In this document: in pieces, positions 1-11,577 of the stretch
Layout: each line of letters starts with the position of its first letter
How positions within the stretch are numbered: the first letter of the stretch is position 1
Assembly: GCA_002269645.1 (NCBI GenBank)
Contig: NIVC01000598.1
Coordinates: 780,286-844,285 of the forward strand
Direction: 5' to 3'
From: Macrostomum lignano
Lineage: Eukaryota
DNA: 64,000 nt
Made by a program: the position numbers and the translations under genes
The notes under the pieces: generated by a model
Database searches by the model: none
What the model saw: only the letters and a program-made list of their open reading frames with translations
Told to the model about the DNA's origin: nothing

Positions 1-261
<261 letters not shown>

Positions 262-299
262 TCAGGGTACCATTTGTCATTCGCTGCTTTTTCGCCTTT

Positions 300-620
300 G
301 TACTCTGCAGGCCGTGAATTCACGGAGGTCTTGCAGCTTCTCGATAGTCTCTTCTGGAATGCCATAGCATCGTAGCAATTCCCACAGTAGCGGTTTGCAG
401 ACACGCGGGTATGTTTTGTCTTTCATTGCTGACATTGCCTTCTCGATTTCCGTTTTCGTCGGAATCGCTTTGAGTTCGTTGGTTCTGTCTGCGTCCTGAT
501 GCGTTGGTTTCTGATTAGTAGTATCTGCGTTCTAAAAAGTAGTATCTCCTTTTGATCAATTTTGGAACGCTCTCCTGATACCTTGGCCTGGTGCTCCTTG
601 AATACCAGTTCGCTAAAAAT
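300..620 (-). mobile_element. Degraded RTE-like LINE reverse transcriptase fragment
   Basis: Minus strand reads NELKAIPTKTEIEKAMSAMKD-KTYPRVCKPLLWELLRCYGIPEETIEKLQDLREFTACRV. This resembles two RT segments (P-T-x-x-E-I..M-K and L-W..L..Y-G-I-P) joined directly, with the normal intervening region missing. Confidence 0.55.
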
Positions 621-1505
621 GGTATCACGGGCTACATGTACTTATAAGTACTCGTAAAAGACGGCGACACGCACAAAACGTGCAATTTTTTTTGGAGGCT
701 GATTATTCAATTTTATGCGGCCCGGCTCCAGAAACTCGCCAAAGTTTAGTTTTTTCACAGGGATGCACATAATTTAGTCCTCATTTATGTAAGATTTTCA
801 ATGTATTGTTTACGCGATGCAGAAATCTTTGAAATTACGAGCGTAGTTTCATGCGTCGAAAACTACTAGTTTTGTCTGGTGAATTTTGATATGCGACATT
901 TATGGCACAAAATGTAAAAGTGACTCTTCATTTTGATATAGCACTTACTTTAAATGATGCTTCGGTACAAGCTGTTCATTGTCACTGTGGAGCGGACATT
1001 TAACCTGTTTTCTAGAGTCAAAAGACGAACTTAGACAAAAAATTTCCAAAAAATAACTTGGAGTCTATAGGTATTCAATATTGTTTTTTTGATGTCGTTT
1101 TAATATTATAGGCTTTTTTGAAAATGTATGCAAAAGTATAGACAAAAGTGGCATCGATAGCAGGTAACAGTTTCAACCATGTCCTATCGAGGCTTGGTCA
1201 GTGAAACTAGAGAGAGAAATTCAGAGTCACTTTTATATACATTGTATCAACCTATACATTGAAAACTTACAAGTCTGAAAGAGAATCACCCTCATTCGCC
1301 TTCAAAATCACACCGATCATACATAAGAATCGCTCCAATTCTCCTAGAAAGTATTGTCCCAGTACGCCCGTATTGAGAAAATTGCTTAAGACTATGGGCA
1401 AAATTGCCAGCCCTGGGCTTGTACTGGATGTACGTGTAGCTCTTGTTGGAAGAATCCTTGGAGCAACTGCCAAGGGCGCCTTAAATAGGGTGTAAAACAA
1501 CAATG

Positions 1506-2900
1506 TAAAACAACTTCACAATCGCCAAGCTTCACAATCCAAAAACGTCACAATCCTCAAGCTTCACAATCCTCAAGCTTCACAATCCCCGAACTTCACA
1601 ATCCCCAAGCTTCACAATCCTCAAGCTTCACAATCCCCAAGCTTCACAATCTCCAAGCTTCACAATCCTCAAGCTTCACAACCCTCAAGCTTCACAATCC
1701 CCGAACTTCACAATCCCCAAGCTTCACAATCCTCAAGCTTCACAATCCTCAAGCTTCACAATCTTCAAGCTTCACAATCCCCAAGCTTCACAATCCTAAA
1801 GCTTCACAATCCTCAAGCTTCACAATCCTCAAACTTCCCAATCCCCAAGCTTCACAATCCTCAAGCTTCACAATCCTCAAGCTTCACAATCCTCAAGCTT
1901 CACAATCCTCAAGCTTCGCAATCCCCAAGCTTCATAATCCCCAAGCTTCACAATCCTCAAGCTTCACAATCCCCAAGCTTCACAATCCTCAAGCTTCACA
2001 ATCCTCAAGCTTCACAATCCTCAAGCTTCACAATCCCCAAGCTTCACAATCCCCAAGCTTCACAATCCTCAAGCTTCCCAATCCTCAAGCTTCACAATTC
2101 TCAAGCTTCACAATCCCCAAGCTTCACAATCCCCAAGCTTCACAATCCCCAAGCTTCACAATCCCCAAGCTTCACAATCCCCAAGCTTCACAATCCTCAA
2201 GCTTCACAATCCTCAAGCTTCACAATCCCCAAGCTTCACAATCTTCAAGCTTCACAATCCCCAAGCTTCACAATCCTCAAGCTTCACAATCCCCAAGCTT
2301 CACAATCCTCAAGCTTCACAATTCTCAAGCTTCACAATCCCCAAGCTTCACAATCCCCAGGCTTCACAATCCCCAAGCTTCCCAATCCTCAAGCTTCACA
2401 ATCCCCAGGCTTCACAATCCTCAAGCTTCACAATCCCCAAGCTTCACAATCCCCAAGCTTCACAATCCCCAAGCTTCACAATCCCCAAGCTTCACAATCC
2501 TCAAGCTTCACAATCCCCAGGCTTCACAATCCCAGGCTTCACAATCCTCAAGCTTCACAATCCTCAAGCTTCACAATCCTCAAGCTTCACAATCCCCAAG
2601 CTTCACAATCCCCAAGCTTCACAATCCTCAAGCTTCACAATCCTCAAGCTTCACAATCCTCAAGCTTCACAATCCTCAAGCTTCACAATCCCCAAGCTTC
2701 ACAATCCTCAAGCTTCACAATCCCCAGGCTTCACAATCCCAGGCTTCACAATCCTCAAGCTTCACAATCCTCAAGCTTCACAATCCTCAAGCTTCACAAT
2801 CCCCAAGCTTCACAATCCCCAAGCTTCACAATCCCCAAGCTTCACAATCCTCAAGCTTCACAATCCTCAAGCTTCACAATCCTCAAGCTTCACAATCCTC
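1506..2900. repeat. 16-bp minisatellite (CAAGCTTCACAATCCY)n, array 1
   Basis: Seen directly. It is flanked on both sides by a 56-bp direct repeat (1450-1505 and 2901-2956). Confidence 0.97.
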
Positions 2901-3444
2901 AAGAATCCTTGGAGCAACTGCCAAGGGCGCCTCAAATAGGGTGTAAAACAACAATGGAGCAAATTACCGAGGGGGGGGTTGACAAAAGACAAAAGACAGA
3001 AGATCAAGTGCAGAAAGAACTGGATCCAGCATGCAAAGAGCCGGGGAGACGGGAGAGAGAAAAGTGGCCTTGAGGAGGCTGCGGCAAGGTCATGGGGAGC
3101 AAGTCCATCATCACGTGTTGGGGCCATACGTCAGCGGATGCATCTTAAGCTGTTTCATGAAGTGCAGATGCGCAGGGCAGGGAAGACGTCCATGCAGTGC
3201 TGGAGACGTGAAAAAAAATATTATGCAAGGACCAACTAAACAGAACAGCCTTGAAGTGGAATGAAGAGAACTTACAAAAGAGAAAGTTGAGTGTTTCTGC
3301 TAGTTATCTACTTGAGTCTGAGAGACAAACACGCTAGAGGCACTGCTTGAGTTGACAGTGCGCATGAGGATCTGGTTTGGATGCCGGATTGAAAGAAGTT
3401 CAGAGAGCTAAACTTAGCTGCGGCAACGAAGCGATGGCGCATGC

Positions 3445-4680
3445 ATCTTCACAATCCCCAAACTTTTCAATTCTCAAGCTTCACAATCCTCAAGCTTCCC
3501 AATCCTCAAGCTTCACAAACCCTAAGTTTCAAAATCCTCAAGCTTCACAATCCCCAAACTTTTCAATTCTCAAGCTTCACAATCCTCAAGCTTCCCAATC
3601 CTCAAGCTTCACAAACCCTAAGTTTCACAATCCGCAAGCTTCACAATCCTCAAGCTTCACAATCTCCAAGCTTCACAATCCTCAAGCTTCACAACCCTCA
3701 AGCTTCACAATCCCCGAACTTCACAATCCCCAAGCTTCACAATCCTCAAGCTTCACAATCCCCAAGCTTCACAATCCCCGAACTTCACAATCCCCAAGCT
3801 TCACAATCCTCAAGCTTCACAATCCTCAAGCTTCACAATCCCCGAACTTCACAATCCCCAAGCTTCACAATCCTCAAGCTTCACAATCCTCAAGCTTCAC
3901 AATCTCCAAGCTTCACAATCCTCAAGCTTCACAACCCTCAAGCTTCACAATCCCCGAACTTCACAATCCCCAAGCTTCACAATCCTCAAGCTTCACAATC
4001 CTCAAGCTTCACAATCTTCAAGCTTCACAATCCCCAAGCTTCACAATCCTAAAGCTTCACAATCCTCAAGCTTCACAATCCTCAAACTTCCCAATCCCCA
4101 AGCTTCACAATCCTCAAGCTTCACAATCCTCAAGCTTCACAATCCTCAAGCTTCACAATCCTCAAGCTTCGCAATCCCCAAGCTTCATAATCCCCAAGCT
4201 TCACAATCCTCAAGCTTCACAATCCCCAAGCTTCACAATCCCCAAGCTTCACAATCCTCAAGCTTCACAATCCTCAAGCTTCACAATCCCCAAGCTTCAC
4301 AATCCCCAAGCTTCACAATCCTCAAGCTTCCCAATCCTCAAGCTTCACAATTCTCAAGCTTCACAATCCCCAAGCTTCACAATCCCCAAGCTTCACAATC
4401 CCCAAGCTTCACAATCCCCAAGCTTCACAATCCCCAAGCTTCACAATCCTCAAGCTTCACAATCCTCAAGCTTCACAATCCCCAAGCTTCACAATCTTCA
4501 AGCTTCACAATCCCCAAGCTTCACAATCCTCAAGCTTCACAATCCCCCAGCTTCACAATCCCCAAGCTTCACAATCCCCAAGCTTCACAATCCCCAAGCT
4601 TCACAATCCTCAAGCTTCACAATCCTCAAACTTCCCAATTCTCAAACTTCACAATCTGCAAACTTGAACAATCCCGAGAC
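3445..4680. repeat. 16-bp minisatellite (CAAGCTTCACAATCCY)n, array 2
   Basis: Same unit as array 1. It produces the spurious ORFs 3377-4735 and 3441-4052. Confidence 0.97.
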
Positions 4681-5356
4681 TCCACTATCACCAAATTTCA
4701 GTCTCCAGACTTCCACAACACATCGATTTTCATAACTCGTTTTTACGAGCGCATAATATCTGTGCTTTCATCAATCCAAAACAGATTTGTCGGGAATTCA
4801 TATGGCCAATGGCAAGGAGCGGGTTTATGGATTGAGGTGAGGAAGGACCTGCGTAAGAAGGAGGTCGTGGACAGAGAAATGTAAAATATTGACAGCTGAC
4901 GGCCATGATTTAGTCGTAACTCATTCCCTTTCTTTGATTACTCTTGACTAGAGTGTTTATGTTTTAACTCAATCTCAAAAAGACTCAAACAATGCTAAGG
5001 TGTGGGAATTGGCTTTCACAGAAATTCTATTTGTTTAAAGGGATGAGGAGTTCTTAGTATATTTGTTCAGAAATTATCATTTAAAATTTGAAACATTAGA
5101 AGAAAACCTATTACTTGCAAGCATCCAGAGGAGTTATGTTTTCTAAATTTTGTTAAAAATAATTTGAACAGTAAAAAATTTAAATATATTGCATAGCTAC
5201 AAAAATATTTATTTCAAACTTACGATCACTGCAAATAAAAAACCAAGAGTCTTATTAACATTATGTCCTAGCTATGCTTAAGGTAGCTATCGTTACACTC
5301 AATAATGTAATTTATACAGCATACGTATGAATATTCTTTGAAATATTTTGCTCATG

Positions 5357-6209
5357 TTAACTGCACAGAGAGCCGTCCACCTGAGCGATGCTCACCTTGC
5401 CGAAGACTTCACCGTTGCCGCCTGTCGTTCCCGTGGCCTGCTTGCCGGATGAGCTCGCGTAGCTGCCGCCGCCGCCTCCGTAGCCGTTACTGCTGTCGCC
5501 GGGTCCTCCGCAGCCGCCAGAGTAGCCGCCTCCTCCGCCGCCGCCTCCATCTTCATCATTGTTGTTGCCGCCTCCGCCGCCTCCACCGTAGCCGCCGAAG
5601 CCGTTGCTGCCCGGCCCTCCGTTGCCTCCGGCCCAGTTGCCGCCGATGCTTCTTCCACCGTGGCCTCCGTTTTTGTCAGTGGCCAGGGCTGTTCCATCTG
5701 AGCTCCAACCAGCTCCGCCCGCGCCAGAGTTTCTAAAGCTTTCACCGTCACCGCCTTGTCCGTCGGATGTGTCGCAAGAGCCTCCGGTGCTGCTTGTTCC
5801 GTCCTTACCGATCGTCGAAGAAGATGCGGCGCCGCCGCCTCCTCCGCCACCGGCCACCAGTAGCAGCGTGCTGGGGCCGGTTGTGTACACAAAGCTGCCG
5901 CCTCCTCCGCCTCCTCCGCCGCTGCTGCCTCTGTTTCCCGGCTTGCCAACAACAAGCGTGAGAGTTTGCGACGTGGTCAGCATGAAATTGGCGCTCTTGA
6001 ATGCGCCTCTGCCGCCGTTCGCGTTAGCGGATGACTTGCCGCCTCTGGCGCCCCAAGCCGAGATTCGATAGCAGCCGTCGGTCGGCGGAGTGAAAGTCTG
6101 CACCGATCCAGTTTGGTTGCTCGAGTCCGACGGAGGAGCTGGAGGGAGTTCGATGGAATTTGAGTTTTTATTGCAAGGACCATTGTCGTACAACAGCTGG
6201 TGTAAAACT
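5357..6209 (-). CDS. Terminal exon encoding an ALK/LTK-like glycine-rich domain
   Basis: The ORF contains GSVQTFTPPTDGCYRISAWGARGG...GGRGA...LTLVVGKPG...GGGGGSFVY...LLLVAGGGGG...GGYSGG...GGGGGSY, the motif order of the ALK/LTK glycine-rich domain. Candidate splice acceptors lie at 6210 and 6197, and the stop is at 5357-5359. No transmembrane segment is present. Confidence 0.85.
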
Positions 6210-6218
6210 CTGAGAACG

Positions 6219-7064
6219 TGTAATTATTTTGAAGGTTAATTTTGTTGTTGTTGTTAAACGAAGTGCCAAGCTTAGCCTAGCGCGGATCAGTCCAGGGAAG
6301 GGCTCTGCCGCAGCGATTTTGTAGGGCGACACTACTAGGGGCATAAGCCCGAGACGCCAGTATTGGAGGCCGGGGACTTGCCCTAGCTGAGCTGCTACTA
6401 GCTTGTGGGCAAAGAGTGTGGGCAGCTTATTTATCAGGAGCGAGTCTCCTGTCAGGTAGGCCTTTAGGATAAAACCTCCAATAGGGCTGCAAGCCACAAG
6501 GCTTTTTCAGTACCCAGCTCTAATAAGCCCAAGCCAAGGGGTTGGAGAGGAGCAGCACAGAGCAAAAGGGCACTCAGCCAGTATTCTCCGATTCGGGACG
6601 AACTCATTCTCCAGGACACCAATCCACTGTCAGTGATGATAGCCGAGACACAATAAGCAGGGAGACAGCCAGAGGAGACAGCAGATGGGCCGAGGGAGCC
6701 GATGGAATTCACAGAGGCGAGATCTTAGCTCCTAAATTTTGGGTTGGCTCGATCATGACCAAAACATGAACAACTAGAGTAGACTACTCTAGTTGTCCAT
6801 GGATCAAAAGCTAAAAGCAAGGGATAAAACACAAAGCACAAAGACAGGGATAAAATCAATAATGGAGGAGGATCACTAGGGGCTCAGCCTCAGGGCTGGC
6901 ATCAACTGGGCTCTACCGTACACTTTTGTGAATGATCGTCTTTCCTGCAGGGTGGGTACTACGACCCGGAGGCTCAGCCACACTGCAGTCCAGAGTCACA
7001 ATCACTCCAGATACAACCCCCCCCCCTAAACCAAGGCAGGGCAGAAACTTAGAGAATTGTTACA
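6219..7064. mobile_element. Possible solo LTR
   Basis: A higher-GC block of about 846 bp bounded by TGTAAT...GTTACA (TG...CA with a short terminal inverted repeat) and lacking convincing coding content. No clean TSD was found. Confidence 0.3.
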
Positions 7065-7099
7065 AGAATTGCTCTCTCTAGAGCGTTATGGACAAACAA

Positions 7100-8430
7100 A
7101 CAAATATTAGAGATTTAGTTAAATAAAGGTAAATATCAACATGAAGTATTATTTGAGTTGCCGATGCATTTCGTCCATTTGCATTAGGACATCGTCAGGG
7201 TCTTTTTATTGAGAAACAATTTGAACGAATATTCAGTATATATAGATAGTTGAGAGTAACAAGAGTAGTTGAATTGAGTTTTTAATTGATGGTTTAAAAC
7301 TTGTACATAGTAATCAATTTTTTGATACAGTATTGGTTGGGTAAAGTGCATATCAGTTTCAAGCCAGTCCGGTCATTGACAAATCAGCTAAAAAATTCTG
7401 AGTTGACGGCTAGCCCCACCCATCGCAAGTTGGTTATTTAACGTGGGCTGTTTGGTCTTAATGTACAGGGCTTCTAATAGGCAGAGCATGTGATCTCTAT
7501 TACAAAAATCAATAGCCTTTATCATTTCGTGTGGTTCAGCCTCACAACAAGAATTGCAGGTTAGCAGGTGTTCGTTAATAGCAGAGTTTTTTAGCCAGTG
7601 CTCTCTGACCCTCGTGTATAAGTGTCGTTTAGTTTTTCCTATGTAGGAGATGCTCTGGTCCTCAGAGCAAACAAATTTATACACGACACCAGCCGCGAGA
7701 GGACGTGGAACACTGGATTTCAACTTGCAGACAAACTTAGCAATCTTTTCGGTGCGAAACACAACACGGATTTGAGTGTTTAAGTCTTTACGGAGCAGCT
7801 TTTCTAACTTCTTTTTAAACTCTATAGAACAAACACCAAAGTAAGGCAAAGTGATCAAGGGACATTCAGAGGTGGAATCACGAACTTTCAACCGATTAGG
7901 TTCAGTCAGTTTGTCATTGAGAAAAGAGTTGACAATTTTCATCACAAAGTTCTTAGGATAGCCATTGTAGCTGAGCAGATTGGTGAGGATTTCAACTTCG
8001 TTGTGGAAAAGTCTCCAAGAGCTGCAAGTGGAAAAAGCCCGGTGAAGAAAGCAACGAATCAATCCGGTTTTCCATTGTCTAGGGCACAAGGCGTCAAACC
8101 TAAGCATAAGCCCGGTAAAGCTAGGTTTCCTATACACGCTGGTCGAAATAGTTTCATCGGTGGCGTCAACGTCAATGTCTAAGAAAGGAAGTCTTCTGCC
8201 TCCCCCCTCCACCGTGAATTTGATATTCTCATGAATAGAATTGATTAACTTAAAAAACTCGTCCTTCTTAGCTTCGTCCTCAAAGATCGCAAACGTGTCA
8301 TCGACGTAGCGTTTGTAGAAGTGAGGCGCACAAGGGAGGGCCATCCAGTCCTTCTCCCAGTCCTTCTCCCAGAGATTTAGTATATTTAGATTTTTGGAAT
8401 GCACATCTACCTCCCGTGAGGACACTTTAG
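7100..8430 (-). mobile_element. 5'-truncated Penelope-like retroelement (RT C-terminus + GIY-YIG endonuclease)
   Basis: ORF 7388-8425 has FYKRYVDDTFAIF, LPFLDI, VYRKPSFT and LPYFG, then the GIY-YIG motif VVYKFVC...YIGKTKRHLYTRVREH...LEALYIK...PTLN. A hammerhead motif lies downstream. Confidence 0.95.
7161..7200 (-). ncRNA. Minimal type I hammerhead ribozyme in the Penelope 3' (pLTR) region
   Basis: Minus strand reads CC-CTGACGA-T-GTCC-TAATGCAAAT-GGAC-GAA-ATGCAT-C-GG. It has the core CUGANGA and GAAA, a 4-bp stem II, a palindromic AUGCAU stem III and an AUC cleavage triplet. Confidence 0.75.
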
Positions 8431-8665
8431 GATTGAGCTACCTTAAGGGTAGGTCAATTGGATTGCCCACAACCCGAGAAATGCCGCCAGAAGGCAGCCA
8501 TGGTAAAAACAGTCAGAGACCGGCTAATTTACTCGGGTTAGAAGATGGATGAAAGAAAACATTTTTTTCATCAAATAATAAATTGCCAGCTCTGGGGCAG
8601 TGATGATTACCATTCTTTTAATTTAGCATGCACAGCATGTTACTCTCAAGGACAACTTAAGTAGA

Positions 8666-9229
8666 AGGACGCTACACTCGAAATCTATGGTAAATGTTTT
8701 GAAGGCAACTTCTCGCCGAAAAATACACTACAGAGATAGGAGAGATAGGCAGATCCAGTGTTCATCTTTTGATATGTTGTGCCTTTCTTATTGCTCTATC
8801 GATATTCATAAAGCTTTTCGTTCAGAAATAGATGTAAAGGCAGGTTTCACCGGAAAAATACACTACGGAGGTAGGAAATTTCACGATTTTCAACACTAAA
8901 ACAGTGATTGGGTCTCTTAACAGTGTCAGAGAAAGTTCTAATCACACAATTTTGTGCCTCACATGCTGCTCTAACCACGCATTAATTGTTTTTCATGTTT
9001 AATTGGTCTGTCACTTGAAAAAAACGTTTAAAATAATGGATCGATTAATGCGTCGTTAGAGCAGCATGTGAAGCACAAAATTGTGTGATTAGAACATTCT
9101 CTGACACTGTTAAGAGACCCAATCACTGTTTTAGTGTTGAAAATCGTGAAATTTCCTATCTCTGTAGTGTATTTTTCGGCGAAAAGTTGCCTTTAAAACA
9201 TTTACCATAGATTTCGAGTGTTGCGTCCT
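8666..9229. mobile_element. Palindromic MITE/foldback element
   Basis: The terminal inverted repeat AGGACGCWACACTCGAAATCTATGGTAAATGTTTT... recurs reverse-complemented at about 9150-9229. An inner inverted pair lies at about 8880-8990 and 9045-9150. Confidence 0.8.
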
Positions 9230-9932
9230 ATATATATGTTACTTTAGTAGTCCTTGGTTACTCTATTGTATGATATACCTGTGTAGAGAAAGTTTCATTT
9301 TTATATTGTCTTTTTTTCATTTAATAAGCCCAAAGTTGTATGCACAAACTGTGTATGCATGTATGTAATGTATCTAGGAACTAATATGCATTGAAATGGA
9401 TCATTATACCTACAATATTGGCTTAGAGTACCTAGAGTACCTGCTTGCCACATTTTTATTACAAATATATTTGATTTGAGAAGGAGCAAAACAAAAATTT
9501 CAGATATAGTGCCACTTATGAGTGTTTACAACCTTGGGCTTCTCAATTAAAAAGAAAACAATATGAAACTTTCACTACACAACTGTATAAAATACAACAG
9601 AGTAACATATGTTGTGCTTGTTTGTGATTATACGAATAAGTAATTTTTACTGCCCCAGATCAAATGCCAGCATTGCTTTTGTGATGATGAAATAATTTTT
9701 TCGCAGTGTTCTTTTAGTAAATTGGCCTCCAAAAGATGAGTTCTACGTCTTGTTATACTACAGTGGTTCGACTTTCGACTTTATACCTGCCTTTCTGCAG
9801 TTCACCTTCAAGTTGTTGCTGACATAATTTGCTGACATAAAATAAATAGATATCGCTATAAACTGTTACACTGTTATCTATAATAGCATCCAGAACCCGA
9901 CATTTGGTTTTTTAATTCTCATGCGCACTTAC

Positions 9933-11577
9933 CATTGAATGCAGATGGCGCACTGAGTGTTGTAGCTGGTGCTGTAGTTGTACCCCTGGTAGTTGGTGTT
10001 GTAGTTGTAGTTGGTGTTGTAGTTGTAGTTGGTGTTGTAGTTGTAGTGGGTGTTGTAGTTGTAGTTGTAGTGGGTGTTGTAGTTGTAGTTGTAGTGGGTG
10101 TTGTAGTTGTAGTTGTAGTTGGTGTTGTAGTTGTAGTTGTAGTGGGTGTTGTAGTTGTAGTTGTAGTTGGTGTTGTAGTTGTAGTTGTAGTGGGTGTTGT
10201 AGTTGTAGTTGTAGTGGATGTTGTAGTTGGTGTTGTAGTTGTAGTTGTAGTGGGTGTTGTAGTTGGTGTTGTAGTGGGTGTTGTAGTTGGTGTTGTAGTT
10301 GTAGTTGTAGTGGGTGTTGTAGTTGTAGTTGTAGTGGATGTTGTAGTTGGTGTTGTAGTTGTAGTTGTAGTGGGTGTTGTAGTTGGTGTTGTAGTGGGTG
10401 TTGTAGTTGGTGTTGTAGTTGTAGTTGTAGTGGGTGTTGTAGTTGTAGTTGTAGTGGATGTTGTAGTTGGTGTTGTAGTTGTAGTTGTAGTGGGTGTTGT
10501 AGTTGGTGTTGTAGTGGGTGTTGTAGTTGGTGTTGTAGTTGTAGTTGTAGTTGGTGTTGTAGTTGTAGTTGTAGTGGGTGTTGTAGTTGTAGTTGTAGTG
10601 GATGTTGTAGTTGGTGTTGTAGTTGTAGTTGTAGTGGGTGTTGTAGTTGGTGTTGTAGTGGGTGTTGTAGTTGGTGTTGTAGTTGTAGTTGTAGTGGGTG
10701 TTGTAGTTGTAGTTGTAGTGGATGTTGTAGTTGGTGTTGTAGTTGTAGTTGTAGTGGGTGTTGTAGTTGGTGTTGTAGTGGGTGTTGTAGTTGGTGTTGT
10801 AGTTGTAGTTGTAGTTGGTGTTGTAGTTGTAGTTGTAGTGGGTGTTGTAGTTGTAGTTGTAGTGGATGTTGTAGTTGGTGTTGTAGTTGTAGTTGTAGTG
10901 GGTGTTGTAGTTGGTGTTGTAGTGGGTGTTGTAGTTGTAGTTGTAGTGGATGTTGTAGTTGGTGTTGTAGTTGTAGTTGTAGTGGGTGTTGTAGTTGGTG
11001 TTGTAGTGGGTGTTGTAGTTGGTGTTGTAGTTGTAGTTGTAGTGGGTGTTGTAGTTGGTGTTGTAGTGGGTGTTGTAGTTGGTGTTGTAGTTGTACTTGG
11101 CATTGTAGTTGTAGTTGGTGTTGTAGTTGTAGTTGGTGTTGTAGTTGGTGTTGTAGTTGTAGTTGGTGTTGTAGTTGTAGTTGGTGTTGTAGTTGTAGTA
11201 GCAACTGCTCCAGTCGAGGCTGCAGTTGTGGCTGCAGTGTCGCTCGTGGACCCGCACGCTGCCCGATCTCGAAGCGTCTGCGTGTCGCACGCTGGCCCGC
11301 CAGTGCTCTGCCACTTCAGCAGCAGGTCGCAGCTGTTGCCAAGGACGCAGGATTTGTTGCCAGGCAGGTATTAGTAGACGGAGCACACGCTGGTGTTGAC
11401 CGCGCACTCAACCGCGCACACTCGAGAGTCAACAACTCCGAGCACTTTGCGCTGGTCGCCAGCAGCCGGGGCCGCCTCCGCGAAGCACAGGTCCGGCCTC
11501 TTGTCGAAGACGAAGGTCTCACCGGCAGCTCGAGAGCTCCAGATGGCCACGATGACGGCAATGCTCGATAAGGACAT
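9933..11577 (-). CDS. Secreted PAN/apple-domain + Pro/Thr mucin exon with an in-frame TAA at 11371-11373 (possible pseudogene allele or base error)
   Basis: Reads MSLSSIAVIVAIWSSRAAG (signal-peptide-like), then C..C.VNTSVCSVY*YLPGNKSCVLG (PAN cysteine pattern), then about 400 residues of TTTTTTP repeats in the same frame. A strong G|GTAAGT donor follows 9933. Confidence 0.75.
9975..11200 (-). repeat. Coding ACT/ACA/CCA (Thr/Pro) repeat with 120/144-bp higher-order blocks
   Basis: A Ser variant (plus-strand GATGTT) recurs near 10217, 10337, 10457, 10601, 10721, 10865 and 10949. Confidence 0.9.

Noticed and set aside
1259-1495. KITPIIHKNRSNSPRKYCPSTPVLRKLL resembles a LINE RT motif
   Set aside because: The similarity is too weak and short to call without a search.
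3377-4735. 452-aa ORF of HNPQASQ repeats
   Set aside because: It arises from a 16-bp, non-triplet minisatellite that is stop-poor in several frames.
11371-11373. UAA read as Tyr (alternative flatworm code)
   Set aside because: That reassignment was proposed only for mitochondria, and TAA terminates the TTC24-like gene in this window.
9912-11407. (LQHQ)n, (YN)n and poly-Val ORFs over the mucin repeat
   Set aside because: These are alternative frames or the antisense strand. Only the Thr/Pro frame links to the signal peptide/PAN domain and the splice donor.
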